From Octopus vulgaris (taxonomy: Eukaryota): a DNA stretch of 64,000 nt. Positions 53,222 to 64,000 of this stretch are shown here, piece after piece. Numbering within the stretch: position 1 is the stretch's first letter; every line of letters starts with the position of its first letter. Both the position numbers and the translations under genes were made by a program. The stretch is taken from positions 114,948,001 to 115,012,000 of the forward strand of contig OX597815.1 in NCBI GenBank assembly GCA_951406725.2. Direction: 5' to 3'. The notes below the pieces were generated by a model. The model was not told the origin of the DNA, searched no databases, and worked only from the letters and a program-made list of their open reading frames with translations.

Positions 53222-54978
53222 ATTCTGCCAAAATCAACTTTGTCTTTCATCCTTTTGAAGATGATTAAATTGACTGCACCCCTCACCAACAAATTTGTGG
53301 TGTTATGCTGATGTGAGAAATCATTTAAATCCGAGCATGGCGAATTATGCTTTTTCCCCTTTAGAGGTCAATTAAATAAACATTAGTCCCATCATCAGCA
53401 TCCTTAAATTGTGACTTTGAGTCTATGTTGGACATCAGGCAATAGAAAGATAACAGAATTTATAAAGCAGTGAACAAACTGCCTGGCTATATTTAGTAAC
53501 TTCCATTAGCTCTTTTGATACCAACCCACCTGACACCACTCTCGTTTTTATGATACAAATTTCTATCTTAATCCTTTTGCTACCATATTTACACAACTTT
53601 AGTTTTAATTAATTTTGAAACTAATGACAAATTTAGTAAAATAGTTTTATCATTATCCAACTGATGTTTGGAACATAATTAGCATCAAATTTTGATGGAA
53701 GATTTTAATTAAGATCTCTTTAAAAGAGATCATAGACTCAGGAGTAGTCTAGACAGGTTGGTATCAAAAATTAAAACTCTCCACCAAAATTTCATGTTAA
53801 TTTATGTATCAAACATCAGTTTAATAATGGCAAAGATTTTTTTTTACTAATTTCTGCATTAATATCAAAATTAATTGAAATGGACTTTGTGCATTTCAAC
53901 AGAAATATAGTAACAAAAAGGTTACCATTTGAGGTGAAATCTCAGATCAACTTAGCAGTTCCCATGTAGAGGTTGATAAAATTAAGTATTAGTCAACAAT
54001 TGGGGTTGATATAATCAACCATGTCTTCACTAAATTTTGTTATCTTGAGTATTCAGGATTTTTATGAACTGAGTTCTAATCTTGCTATGGTCGATATTGA
54101 TTTTAAACTTTTAGGGGGTCTATAAAATAAAGTACCTGTCAAATATTGAGGTTACTGGAATTTACTAACCTGTTCCCCTAAAAATTTTCTGGCTTTCAGA
54201 AATCAGAAACTCTTATAATTATTATCACTAGGGTAATCAGGCAACACCCTAATATCTTTTAGAAACTTGTTGAAATCTGTCCAAGGTCAACTTAACCTAT
54301 CATCATTAGCTTTTCTGGAGTAGATAAATTAAGTACTGATAAAGTATCAATGTTGAAAGAATTCTCTCCCACAGCAAAAGAGAGAGAGAGAAAAGAAAAA
54401 AGAAAAAGAAGACAAAATGTATAGTCTTGTACCTATGTTAGAAATCATTCTGAAAACTCATAAAAGTATCATCTTAAAAGATGTGAACTAGAAAATTCCT
54501 TTAGATTGTGAAAATATCCAAGTCAATGAGTGTTGATCAATATCTATATTTGCTTAACAAGCATTGGACTGGAGTAGATTGTGTCCTATGATACTGTTCA
54601 TTCAGATAAAAATAGAATTCAGATTTCTTCCAGCCTATTGTTCTGTAAAGAAAAAAGTCTCTGGTTTTCTATGTTTTTGTATTTAGTCAGCAGGACTCAC
54701 TCAGCATGCTCTTATTGTACCGGCCAGCATGTATCTTCCGTCTGAAAGGAAAGGGTTAAATAACTAAGAATTAGTAGCTTGATCAATGGTGATTTCAAAG
54801 AGTGGTACAATGTAGATTATTTACAATCTTCATTAGAACCAGTGCCAATAACACATACTAATTTCAGAATGTGAAAAGATGAATCTATATATTGCAACAC
54901 AATTAATTCTCCATTCTGTTATTTTTTTCACTTGATTTTGAATTTTCATGTGTGTGTGTGTGCATATGTATGTATGTG

Positions 54979-55010
<32 letters not shown>

Positions 55011-55101
55011 AATCATCTATTTATCTATATATACTTTGATACTTTGATAGGTTTCGGCCATTATTGGCCCAGGCCATGTCTAACTTAATAGCACCACCTG
55101 G

Positions 55102-55135
<34 letters not shown>

Positions 55136-55292
55136 TTTTATCTAGTTTCAGCTCACAAGCTGTGGCCATGCTGGGGCACCGCCATTTAGCTCTCCACCAC
55201 CATATATATATACACACATACACATAATATATATATCTGTGTGTGTGTGTGTGATGTATCTGTGTATATCTATATATAAATATATACATATA

Positions 55293-55366
<74 letters not shown>

Positions 55367-55375
55367 CACACATAC

Positions 55376-56310
55376 ATATTGTTGTATTTGGGGATGGTCA
55401 TGTTGCTAATGTAGCCAATGAAAACACATGCACTATTTATTTGGTGTTCACTTGCTTCAGCTTTATATTTTGGCCAGAGTTCTTTCGACACACTTCTGTG
55501 ACCTCATCAGTGTTCCTTTGATTTCTTCTTTCTTTTTTGTGTCTTTCCTTCCTCACGATCTGCCATTTTGTGTTCCTGTTGCATGTGTCTTTATTTGCGC
55601 ATGCATGTATCCCTGTGTGTGTCTATGTTTGATAAGTGTGTGTGTGGGGCAATGTGTATGGTACCTGCATTATTAGTATCCCCTGTTTATCCACGTTCAT
55701 TTTATTTTATTTTATTTATTTGTCTTTATATACTTACCTTTTTATTGTATTTTGTTTATGTCTTTAATTACTTAATTCCATTTATTTATCTATCTATTGT
55801 ATTAGTTTCATATTATTATTAGCTTATGGGGATCTTATTCCGTCATCAGGTTGTGGTGTGGGGTGTGTGTGCTAGTGTTTCATTCTAGTTTTCTATTTAG
55901 GCTAGCTTTATTTTCTATTATCTATGTAGCTTCTGTAATTTGTCTAAGTGTTGTGTCCATCTTATGTGGCAACAAAATTTTTTACTTCTATGTTGTTGAG
56001 TGATCCCCCGTGGTCCCACTCAGCATGTTGGTATAGTACCGACAAGCTCTTCTCTTCCTTGAGTTCCCTCCAATGCTCATTAACTATGCTACGTGTTGTC
56101 TCCCCTACATACGTCATTGTCTTGTTTTTGCCTTGTCCCTCTGTACATCTTATTCTATAGACTACATTTCTAGCTTTACAGTTTATAAAGAGTTAGCCCA
56201 CAAACTGTAAAGCTAGGAAATAAAGCTGAAGTAAGCGAACACCGAATAAATAGTGCATGTGTTTTCATTGGCTAAATTGGCAACATGACCATTTCCAAAT
56301 ACAACAATAT
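55376..56310 (-). mobile_element. truncated Penelope-like element: inverted pLTR piece, GIY-YIG remnant, pLTR with hammerhead
   Basis: Inverted repeats at 55376-55466 and 56220-56310. Minus translation of about 56170-55885 gives NVVYRIRC...TYVGETTRS..EHW...LYQHAEWDHG...LRQITEA...LNRKLE. Hammerhead CTGATGA(55510-55504)-G-GTCACA gaag TGTGTC-GAAA-GAAC-TC-TG. Confidence 0.85.
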
Positions 56311-56367
56311 CTGTTTCAACACACAAGTTCACATCAAGAATCTTGCAAAATGAATACATAAATATAA

Positions 56368-56446
<79 letters not shown>

Positions 56447-57056
56447 CTCACACACATATATATATTGAGTGAGAGGACAGCACATGCCATCAAAGTGAGA
56501 CTAGGGCACAAATATACAATGCTCAATTTATCCATCATGACTACCAATATGATAAGGGTACACCAGGCACATGCATCACAGCTATATGTGTGTGAGATGG
56601 TGATCTTATATCAAGATAAACAGCACATGACCTTGCAGGTGAAGCACCCCATGCACACTGTACATAGTGAACTCACATTAAACTGTATTAATAAAGAATG
56701 TTGTGTGTTTTAACCAACTGTCCAAGTTAATAAATAGTAGAGCTTAATGTCTGAGACATAACTACAGTTTAGTACTGAAATTCCCATTTACGTTTTATAT
56801 AAATTTTGTAGAGGGTACACGTCATAATTATGCTGATACAATTTAGAGACAAAAAATAATAATTATTATTATTTTGTTCAGAAACTAAATAAATCTTCAT
56901 ATCTGTAATCATTCAACAACTTGCTCATGAGCGTTAAACAACATGTTTGATGTTAGATGTATGAAAGGGGGAATATTGCAGAATATCATCCAGAATATTT
57001 TGATTATGAAAGGAAAATTTGAAAATTTTTTCATTAAACCTTCCAAATTCGTAATA

Positions 57057-58318
57057 TTAGGTTGTTCGGAAAATAATAGCCAATTTCAGAAACATAATTT
57101 TATTCTGGAAAAATTAACAATAGAAATGTTTTGATTGGTCAAAGTATGAGCCATGAACATCTATTCATCTTTGCCATTGATCAACAAGATTATTTATGCC
57201 TCATTGATAAAAACTTATTGGATTTGATGCTAAGAAATCTATGAAAGCTGATTCCACCTCTGGTTTGAACCTGAAAGTTTTATCACTTAAAAACATGCTT
57301 AAAGTTTTAAAAAATGGTAGTCAGTAGATGAAAGATCAGGAGAATATGGAGGATGTAGTAAAGCCTCATATCCCAAGTCTGTGAGTTTCTGCCATGCCAT
57401 TCTTGGAATATGTGGCTTTGCATTATCGTGGAGCAGAATTGGGCCATGCCGATTCACCAATGCAGGTCTCATTTTTTGCAAGTGAGCATGCATTTCAATG
57501 AGTTGATTGCAATAAACCTCTACTGTAATACTCTGATTGGCTTCCAGAAAGCTGTAATGGACAACATCAATTGCAGACTACCAGACAGTCACCATAATCT
57601 TTTGCTGATGCAACTTTGGCTTTGGGAAATATTTGGGGGACTCATCACGATCAAGCCATTGACCTGATCATTTACGGTATCATAAAGGATCCACTTTTCA
57701 TTACAAGTGACTATTCGGTCAAGAAAAGGATTATTGGTGTTTTGCAGAAAGAGCATTGAGCACACTTCAAAATACGAACTTTTTGATTTTCATTGAGCTC
57801 ATGTGGTACCCATTTATCAAACTTCTTCACCTTACCAATCTTCTGCAGATTGTGTGAGACTATTGTAATACCGACACCAAGTGCCTGAGACATTTCTCTG
57901 ACACTTTGACATGGTTTTGTTCAACAATTGTAAGCAATTGTTCATTGTCAAGACTGCATGACCGTCCTCTACCTTCTTCATCTTCAGGGCTCTCATCACC
58001 ACTACAGAATTTCTGAAACCACCTTTGTACTGTGCAGTCACTTGTGGACGCCTCTCCCCATGCTCTGTTGATATTAGCCGCAGTTTGGGAGGCAGTATGC
58101 CCAAGCTTGAACTCATGCAAGACAAGTAAGCAAAGGTCCTTTTTTGTCATACTCATAATTAAGGGCAACTAAGCTTCAAGGATGCAGAAAATTATTAAAG
58201 AGCATACATCAATTATTAGATATATCAAAATTCACTTAAACTATAATTAAAATACTATGATAAAATTGTGTTTCAAAATACAACACTTAGAGCGGCCATT
58301 ATTTTCGGAACAACCTAA
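57057..58318 (-). mobile_element. full-length (1262 bp) defective mariner element
   Basis: TIRs TTAGGTTGTTC(G/C)GAAAATAAT(A/G)GCC with TA on both sides. HEFKLGHTASQTAANINRAWG, KWVPHEL, LLHDNAKPH, PPYSPDLSSTDYH, frameshifted. Confidence 0.95.
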
Positions 58319-59206
58319 TAGTAGAGAATAATATCTACTGGAATAATATCATAGGTTTTTATGTCATGCAGAAAGTCATTGAATGGTTAAGAAGGTAAAT
58401 AACCATCCCTCCCCCCCCAAAAAAAAAGCAAATAATTTCATCAATGTGAGTTCATCCACATACCCAAAAACATATCTACATAAAGTTTCATGAAAAATTA
58501 TATATCATTAAGATATTAGAAAAAATTATTAGCAATAGAAGAAGTATTAGTATTAAAAGACTATCTTTAAATCCAACTTAAAGTGGAAGTCTTGTTAGAA
58601 CACCAAATACTGCAGTATTTGTCGTGAGAGATTCATAAAAACACATAGTATTTGCTTCCTTTGCAAATGATTATTTTTTAATAAGCCAACTGGCTATTTG
58701 CAAAACTAGTGGCTGAAAGATGCTATTACTCTATATATTGTTGGCAGAGAAATTTGGTTGATATGTGGTCACCAGTATGTACCACTGAAGAAGTGCAGTA
58801 TGCTGAAATCCTGTGATCTAGCAGTCCTGGTATCTATACTATATGATTTTCATCTGCTACACTATGTCTGTGCTTTTATGCATCATGTGTCTATATGAGA
58901 GGACCTCTCAAGGTGAATATCACAGTATTTGGTTAATTAATAATGCATCCATGTTGATTTGGACTTAAAAATTGCCATTATTAAGACTGTTATGAAGGGT
59001 GGTAGACTGGAAGAATTGTTAGAGTGTTGAACAAAATGCTTTGTAATATTTCTTCCAATTTTGAACATTGTTAGTTCAAAGCCTCCTCTCAATATTTTGG
59101 TTTTGTTTTTCTTTGTTAATAACAATTATTAAGGCAGAGGAACAGGGAGAGCTTTCGGGTATGGATGCACAATCTGTAAATTTCCAGTGAGGCTGGACAT
59201 AATAAA

Positions 59207-59306
59207 CTGAACATAATAAACATATAAATAAATGCTGAACATAATAAACGTATAAATAAATGCTGAACATAATAAACATATAAATAAATGCTGAACATAA
59301 TAAACA
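59207..59306 (+). repeat. 28-bp minisatellite, about 3.5 copies
   Basis: Unit CTGAACATAATAAACATATAAATAAATG in tandem with no spacers. Confidence 0.9.
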
Positions 59307-59686
59307 GTAACGAAATTATAAAAATACCACAAACATCATATAACTATATAAAACACACACACACACATAATCCTTGGATAGAATTTATAAACATTTAATG
59401 CATCGCTATGTGTGTTTCCACAAATCACAACTCTTAAGATCATAGTCTGTATTCCTAGGATGATAACAGTGTAGTTCGTAGTATCCATTGGTATCAGGTT
59501 GATCATCTTCAGTGATCCATTTCTTCAGGTGATATAGCATTAATGGATGTACAGCAGAGGGATGCTTATCCTTTTTGACCAGTATGAAGGCTAATAGGAG
59601 CTTTATTTGCATATTCAAAACATTTTCCACAAACAAATTTAAAAGATATCTATATTTATATTTATATCCACCCATCCATCCATAAG

Positions 59687-60277
59687 AATAGGACGAATGC
59701 TGCCGTTGATTAGCTCCAAGAGGCCATTGCCTCTAGCTAGCTATGTGACACACAAACCTGTGTCCATTATAACCTTCGAACAGGGGAGGTCAGCAGCTTA
59801 CCCTTGCTGGTCTGGCATCCACAGACTAGTTTTGAGGTGGTTGCTTCTTATCAATGTGGAGTAGCCGAACCCATCAGGCGTCACTGCTGACCGACTGTTC
59901 GAAGAATTATTTACCTAAATTCAGTAAAAACCAGTGGATGTATTCCACTGAATTTAGGTAAATAATCCTTTGAACAGTCGGTCAGCAGCGACGCCTGCTG
60001 GGTTAGGCCACTCCACATTGATAAGAAGCAACCACCTTGAAACTAGTCTGTGGATGCCAGACCAGCAAGGGTAAGCTGCTGATCTCCCCTTTTCAAAGGT
60101 TAAAATGGACACAGGTTTGTGTGTCACATAGCTAGCTAGAGGCGATGGCCTCTTGGAGCTAAACAACGGCAGCATTCGTCCTATTTTTCTGGACTGCCAT
60201 GTTAGCTTGGCGATAACTATTAATATCCAATACTACTGCCATAGTCTCCTTTAGAGAGAATTAGAAATAATGATATT

Positions 60278-60278
<1 letters not shown>
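59687..60278. mobile_element. fold-back element with 239-bp inverted arms carrying a U3-A8 hammerhead
   Basis: Arms 59687-59925 and 59947-60185 with a 21-nt spacer. The right side continues to a (TA)n tract. Confidence 0.85.
60012..60054 (+). ncRNA. minimal type-I hammerhead ribozyme, U3-A8 variant
   Basis: TCCACA-TTGATAA-G-AAG caaccac CTT-GAAA-CTAG-TC-TGTGGA: 6-bp stem I, palindromic stem III, GUC site. The mirror copy (59818-59860, minus) has the same TTGATAA but GAAA is changed to AAAA. Confidence 0.72.
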
Positions 60279-60355
<77 letters not shown>

Positions 60356-60358
<3 letters not shown>

Positions 60359-60702
60359 ATAATAAGAAAATTGAGATATTGAAGTAAATAAGAATTTATT
60401 ATAAGCAAAAAATCGATCATTATCCCTTACAGCTGTTTCAATTAAACTCAGTGAAATTTAATGAGTATTAAAATCATATTTCTGAGCTTAATCTCTTCAG
60501 AGGAAGGAAGAATATACCCTTAGATATTTTATATGTTAGTTATTTGAATCATCATGGCAGTATAAGATTAAGCTCAGAAATATGATTTTAATACTTATTA
60601 AATTTCACTGAGCTTAATTGAAACAGCTGTAAGGGATAATGATAAATTTTTTTGCTGATAATAAACTCATATTAACTTCAATATCTCCATTTTCTTATTA
60701 TT
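60356..60702. mobile_element. fold-back element with a canonical hammerhead
   Basis: Arms at about 60356-60494 and 60566-60702, directly after a long (TA)n. Confidence 0.8.
60423..60505 (-). ncRNA. type-I hammerhead ribozyme with canonical C3-G8 core
   Basis: TTCCT-CTGAAGA-GATTAAGCTCAG...CTGAGTTTAATT-GAAA-CAGCTG-TA-AGGGA: 5-bp stem I, 12-bp stem II, palindromic stem III, GUA site. Confidence 0.8.
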
Positions 60703-60989
60703 CATTTGCATGATTATAAACCATCATTTATATATAAACCTATTATTTTATGGATATTAACCTCCCTCACAAAAATATTAGGTATTGAACCAGTATTTCT
60801 TTGGGTGTTACCATCCCTTCATGAATTTATTATGACCTCTATTTGAAGTATATATATATATATAGATAGATATACAGGGTATTTTAGCTAAATTTGACAA
60901 AATTTTATATTTTCTTTTATCAGGAATACCTTGTATTGGTGAACAATGAACAGCGTTTGAGAGCATAAAGGTTAAAGTTGTAGCCGAGG

Positions 60990-61640
60990 AAATGTTAGCT
61001 GACATGGATACCTGGAAGCTGTTTGAATATTGGAAAAGTGTCACCTGTATCATGATGATTTGCATCAGGTATCAAAATGCTAACATTATGGCTGCTGTTC
61101 AATGCTCTGTGAACACTAAAAGCAGTAAGACATGACATGGGCAGCTGCAACAGAGACTATGAAGCTGTCACTGGGCATGTCTCCAGTAAGGATGGCATCA
61201 TGTCACTCCACATCTTTGAACAGAGCCTTAAGCTTAATTTAGATGACTATGCGAAGCTGATGCAGACTGGTCAAACCCTAGCTGAGAGAGTTGCTACTAG
61301 AAGGCCATATGTGCGACAGCAGGATTCAGTTCTTTGCCATACCACTGGAAAGAGTCAGAAGTGAGGGTTGGAGAATTTATATGACTCAACCATCCACAAT
61401 TTCTAGCCTCTTAATTCCCATGACTGTAGTCCCATGATTCACTGAATGTATGTATGTATGTATGTGTGGTGGGGTGCATGGTTGAGAAAAACACTAACTG
61501 CTCTGCTTGCAACACTAAGTCTGGGCCGAGGACCAAGATCAAGGAGATGGTCAAAGTTCTTCCTTGGGACACAGTGAGAAATGCATGTGCTAGGTTCTGG
61601 AGCTGTCTTGAGGCAATGGTGGAATCTGAGGGTAGCTAAG
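60990..61640 (+). mobile_element. decayed maT/DD37D-like transposase remnant
   Basis: HIFEQSLKLNLDDY...RVATRRPYVRQQDSVLCHT and VRNACARFWSCLEAMVESEG, homologous to 8400-8900. Confidence 0.75.
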
Positions 61641-61959
61641 TTGAGTATATAGGTATAGATAAATAGATCTATATCTATATGTGTGTACGTGTGTGTGTGT
61701 GTGTGTTTATGTGTGTTATACACAAATGCACACAAACATATAAGCATATATGCATACACTCACACACACACACACACAAAGTTTTTGGTAAAAATTCTTG
61801 ATTTAGTCATAATATTTAAAGAGAGATTTTTATAAATTAAAAATTAACTAAATAAAAAAGTCTTAAAAAAACAGACACAAACCTTATGGAAGGAAGTTTT
61901 CCTGTCATATAAGTACTTTATGCTGTTTCAAGCACACATGTTATAAGGTTATCTGTTGA

Positions 61960-63670
61960 GAAGCTGTTGTTTTTAGTAGTGGTGCTGAATATTTCCAGTT
62001 TAACTTTGGATTTGAAATTCTTATAAAATATTTTTCTTTTGGTTTTTATAGTTGATCACTCCTTTCCTTTATTTTGAAAAAAATTAAAATTTTGAGTTTT
62101 CCACTTGCACAAATATCTAGATGTTCACCACATGGAACATTTTCAAGAGATGAATCTTTGACTTGTTTATGAACCATAACCCAATCTACAAATTTTGATC
62201 CTGTTTGGCTAATATAATACTCATTGCAATGTGGGCATGTGATGTAGTAAATGAGATTTTTGGTTTTGCAATTCATATTTGCATTAACCTTCAGTTCCTT
62301 CTCATTCTCAAATTTTTTGGTTTTGCCCTGTTCAATTAACTCACATGTCCCACAAAACAGATCTTTACATTTTATTACTTGCTTTTCTTTTCTTCTTCTG
62401 GAGTAAATTTCACATTTGTTAAGAGTCTTTCAAGATTTGGTGGCTGTCTTCAGCTCTTAATAATTTGTGATTCTTCAGTTATTTCCTGAGTTTTGTGACT
62501 GGTATAGAATTGGAAGGTATTGTTTAACCAGCTGTAAGATATTATAGTTTCTAGCATTATGGGTGACTAGGACATGGAATATTTATGCTTTTGTTTTTAT
62601 CTTTACCCTCAGTGTGAGAGGTTCTCTATAAAACAGAGATTGAGATCTCTTTTACATTGGTTACAGTATTATTTACTAAAGTTTTCAGGTATTTTTGCTA
62701 CTAAAGGAATATTTTTAATTCCACCAGTCATCTCATTGACTAGAGCATATAATAATTGAACATATATGTATTGCTATATTAAGAGGGATATTCTTTTTAA
62801 TATATGATGGGTGACAAGATCTAAAATCTAAGGACTGGTGTGTGTCTATGTTTTTGCAGTAGAAATAAGCTGTAAAAATCACATTTTCAATAATTTTCAA
62901 GATGTCCAAAAAGAAAGTTCCCTTTCATTCATTTTCATAGTGAATTGGACCAATTCATTAATTTCAGAAATCATGTAAGATCTTCCTTAATTCTGTTCCA
63001 TGATATGAAGCAGTCATCCAGGAATCTTTTCCAGTTTTGTTTTAAATAGAATAGGAAATGCTGATTAAGTAATCCTAGATCATCAGGCATAGAGTGATTT
63101 TTCTTCAAGAAATCCTATCACTTGTGTTGCAAATGTGGGTGTAACTTTCATGCTCATTGCTGTCCCTTTTATTTGAAGGAATTATTGGTTATTATAGAAG
63201 TTGTGGCACTAATTGTAATCCTGCTAGGATAAATTCTTTTTAGAATCTCTCCTGAATTCTGTTTGGATATTTGTCTATCCATATCCAGAATTATACTGCT
63301 CCCAATCCTAATTCATGGGGGTTATTTATGTAGAAGCTGCTCATGTTGAAACTAACCAGGATCATCTCTATATTTACTCTTTCTAGAACATGGTTTAAAA
63401 AGTTCATATAATTTCTGATGAAACTAGGGACCAAATTTCAAAATTATGTCCAGTAAATTGATTAATTGTTTAGTGCTTGATGTTGTCTTGTGACACTTGG
63501 GCATAATTTTACATCAGACACTTTGGCAGTCTTTACATATGGTGTACTAAAGTCCTTTAAACAGATATGAATTTCTTAAGATTTATAAAGTTTTGGTAGT
63601 TCATAAAAGTTATTTGTTTTTACCTCCAAATTAGTCAGTAATCCAACATTTTTTTTGTTAACCTGTTAGC
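61960..63670 (-). mobile_element. Penelope-like retroelement pseudogene (RT, Cys linker, GIY-YIG endonuclease; Neptune-like)
   Basis: LVSFNMSSFYINNPHELG, QIKGTAMSMKVTPTFA, WKRFLDDCFISW, FLDI, LDFRSCHPS, KCKDLFCGTCELI, NCKTKNLIYYITCPHCNEYYISQTG. Many stops and frameshifts. Confidence 0.9.
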
Positions 63671-63681
63671 ATTTGAAATGG

Positions 63682-64000
63682 GCATCATCATCATCATCAT
63701 TGTTTAACGTTTGCTTTCCATGCTGGCATGCGTTCGACAGTTTGACTAAGAACTGGCGAGCCAGATCACTGCACCAGGCTCCAATCTGATCTGGCAGAGT
63801 TTCTACAGCTGGGTACCCTTCCTAATGCCAACCACTCTGAGAGTGTAGTGGGTGCTTTTACATGCTACTGGCACGAGGGCCAGTCAGGTGGTACTGGCGA
63901 CAGCCACGCTCACATGGTGTTCTTTATGTGTCACCTGCACAGGAGCCAGTCCAGCAGCACTGGCAACGACCTCATCCAAATGTTGTTTTTCACGTGCCAC
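63682..64000 (-). mobile_element. RTE LINE 3' end running off the window
   Basis: (CAT)n-GTTTAACGT..GCTTTCCATGCTGGCATG..., the reverse complement of the RTE tail. Confidence 0.85.

Noticed and set aside
57057-58318. Active or domesticated mariner transposase (SETMAR-like)
   Set aside because: The ORF is broken by several frameshifts and stops, and no fused domain or splice evidence is visible.
59207-59306. 28-bp repeats of CRISPR-like length
   Set aside because: Head-to-tail with no unique spacers, no cas genes, and a eukaryotic context. It is a minisatellite.

Overview
AT-rich, repeat-dense eukaryotic (animal) DNA. The tRNA-head SINEs, the RTE tails ending in (GAT)n and the extreme microsatellite load resemble an octopod cephalopod, which is an inference. 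Almost all ORFs in the supplied track are microsatellite or transposon artefacts. I can support one host-gene piece: a 60-nt first coding exon on the minus strand (39215-39274, MGKEDDLFKAVKQNDYYKLQ, CASKIN/ANKS1-like). It has uORFs, CCAAT/CRE-type promoter motifs and a surrounding CpG-retaining domain of about 10 kb. Everything to its left is probably a very long intron. The rest is decayed mobile DNA: RTE, CR1/L2, HERO-like and Penelope retroelements, a Ty3/gypsy remnant, mariner, maT and hAT/piggyBac-type elements, and many SINEs. The most striking signal is a set of short, unrelated fold-back (inverted-repeat) insertions that each carry a minimal type-I hammerhead ribozyme of the Penelope type. 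These include compensatory swaps of the catalytic 3-8 base pair (C3-G8, U3-A8, G3-C8). There is also a full-length U6 snRNA copy fused to a 5'-truncated CR1/L2-type LINE, whose 3' end matches the tail of the dominant SINE. Coordinates of decayed repeats are approximate because they were read by eye.
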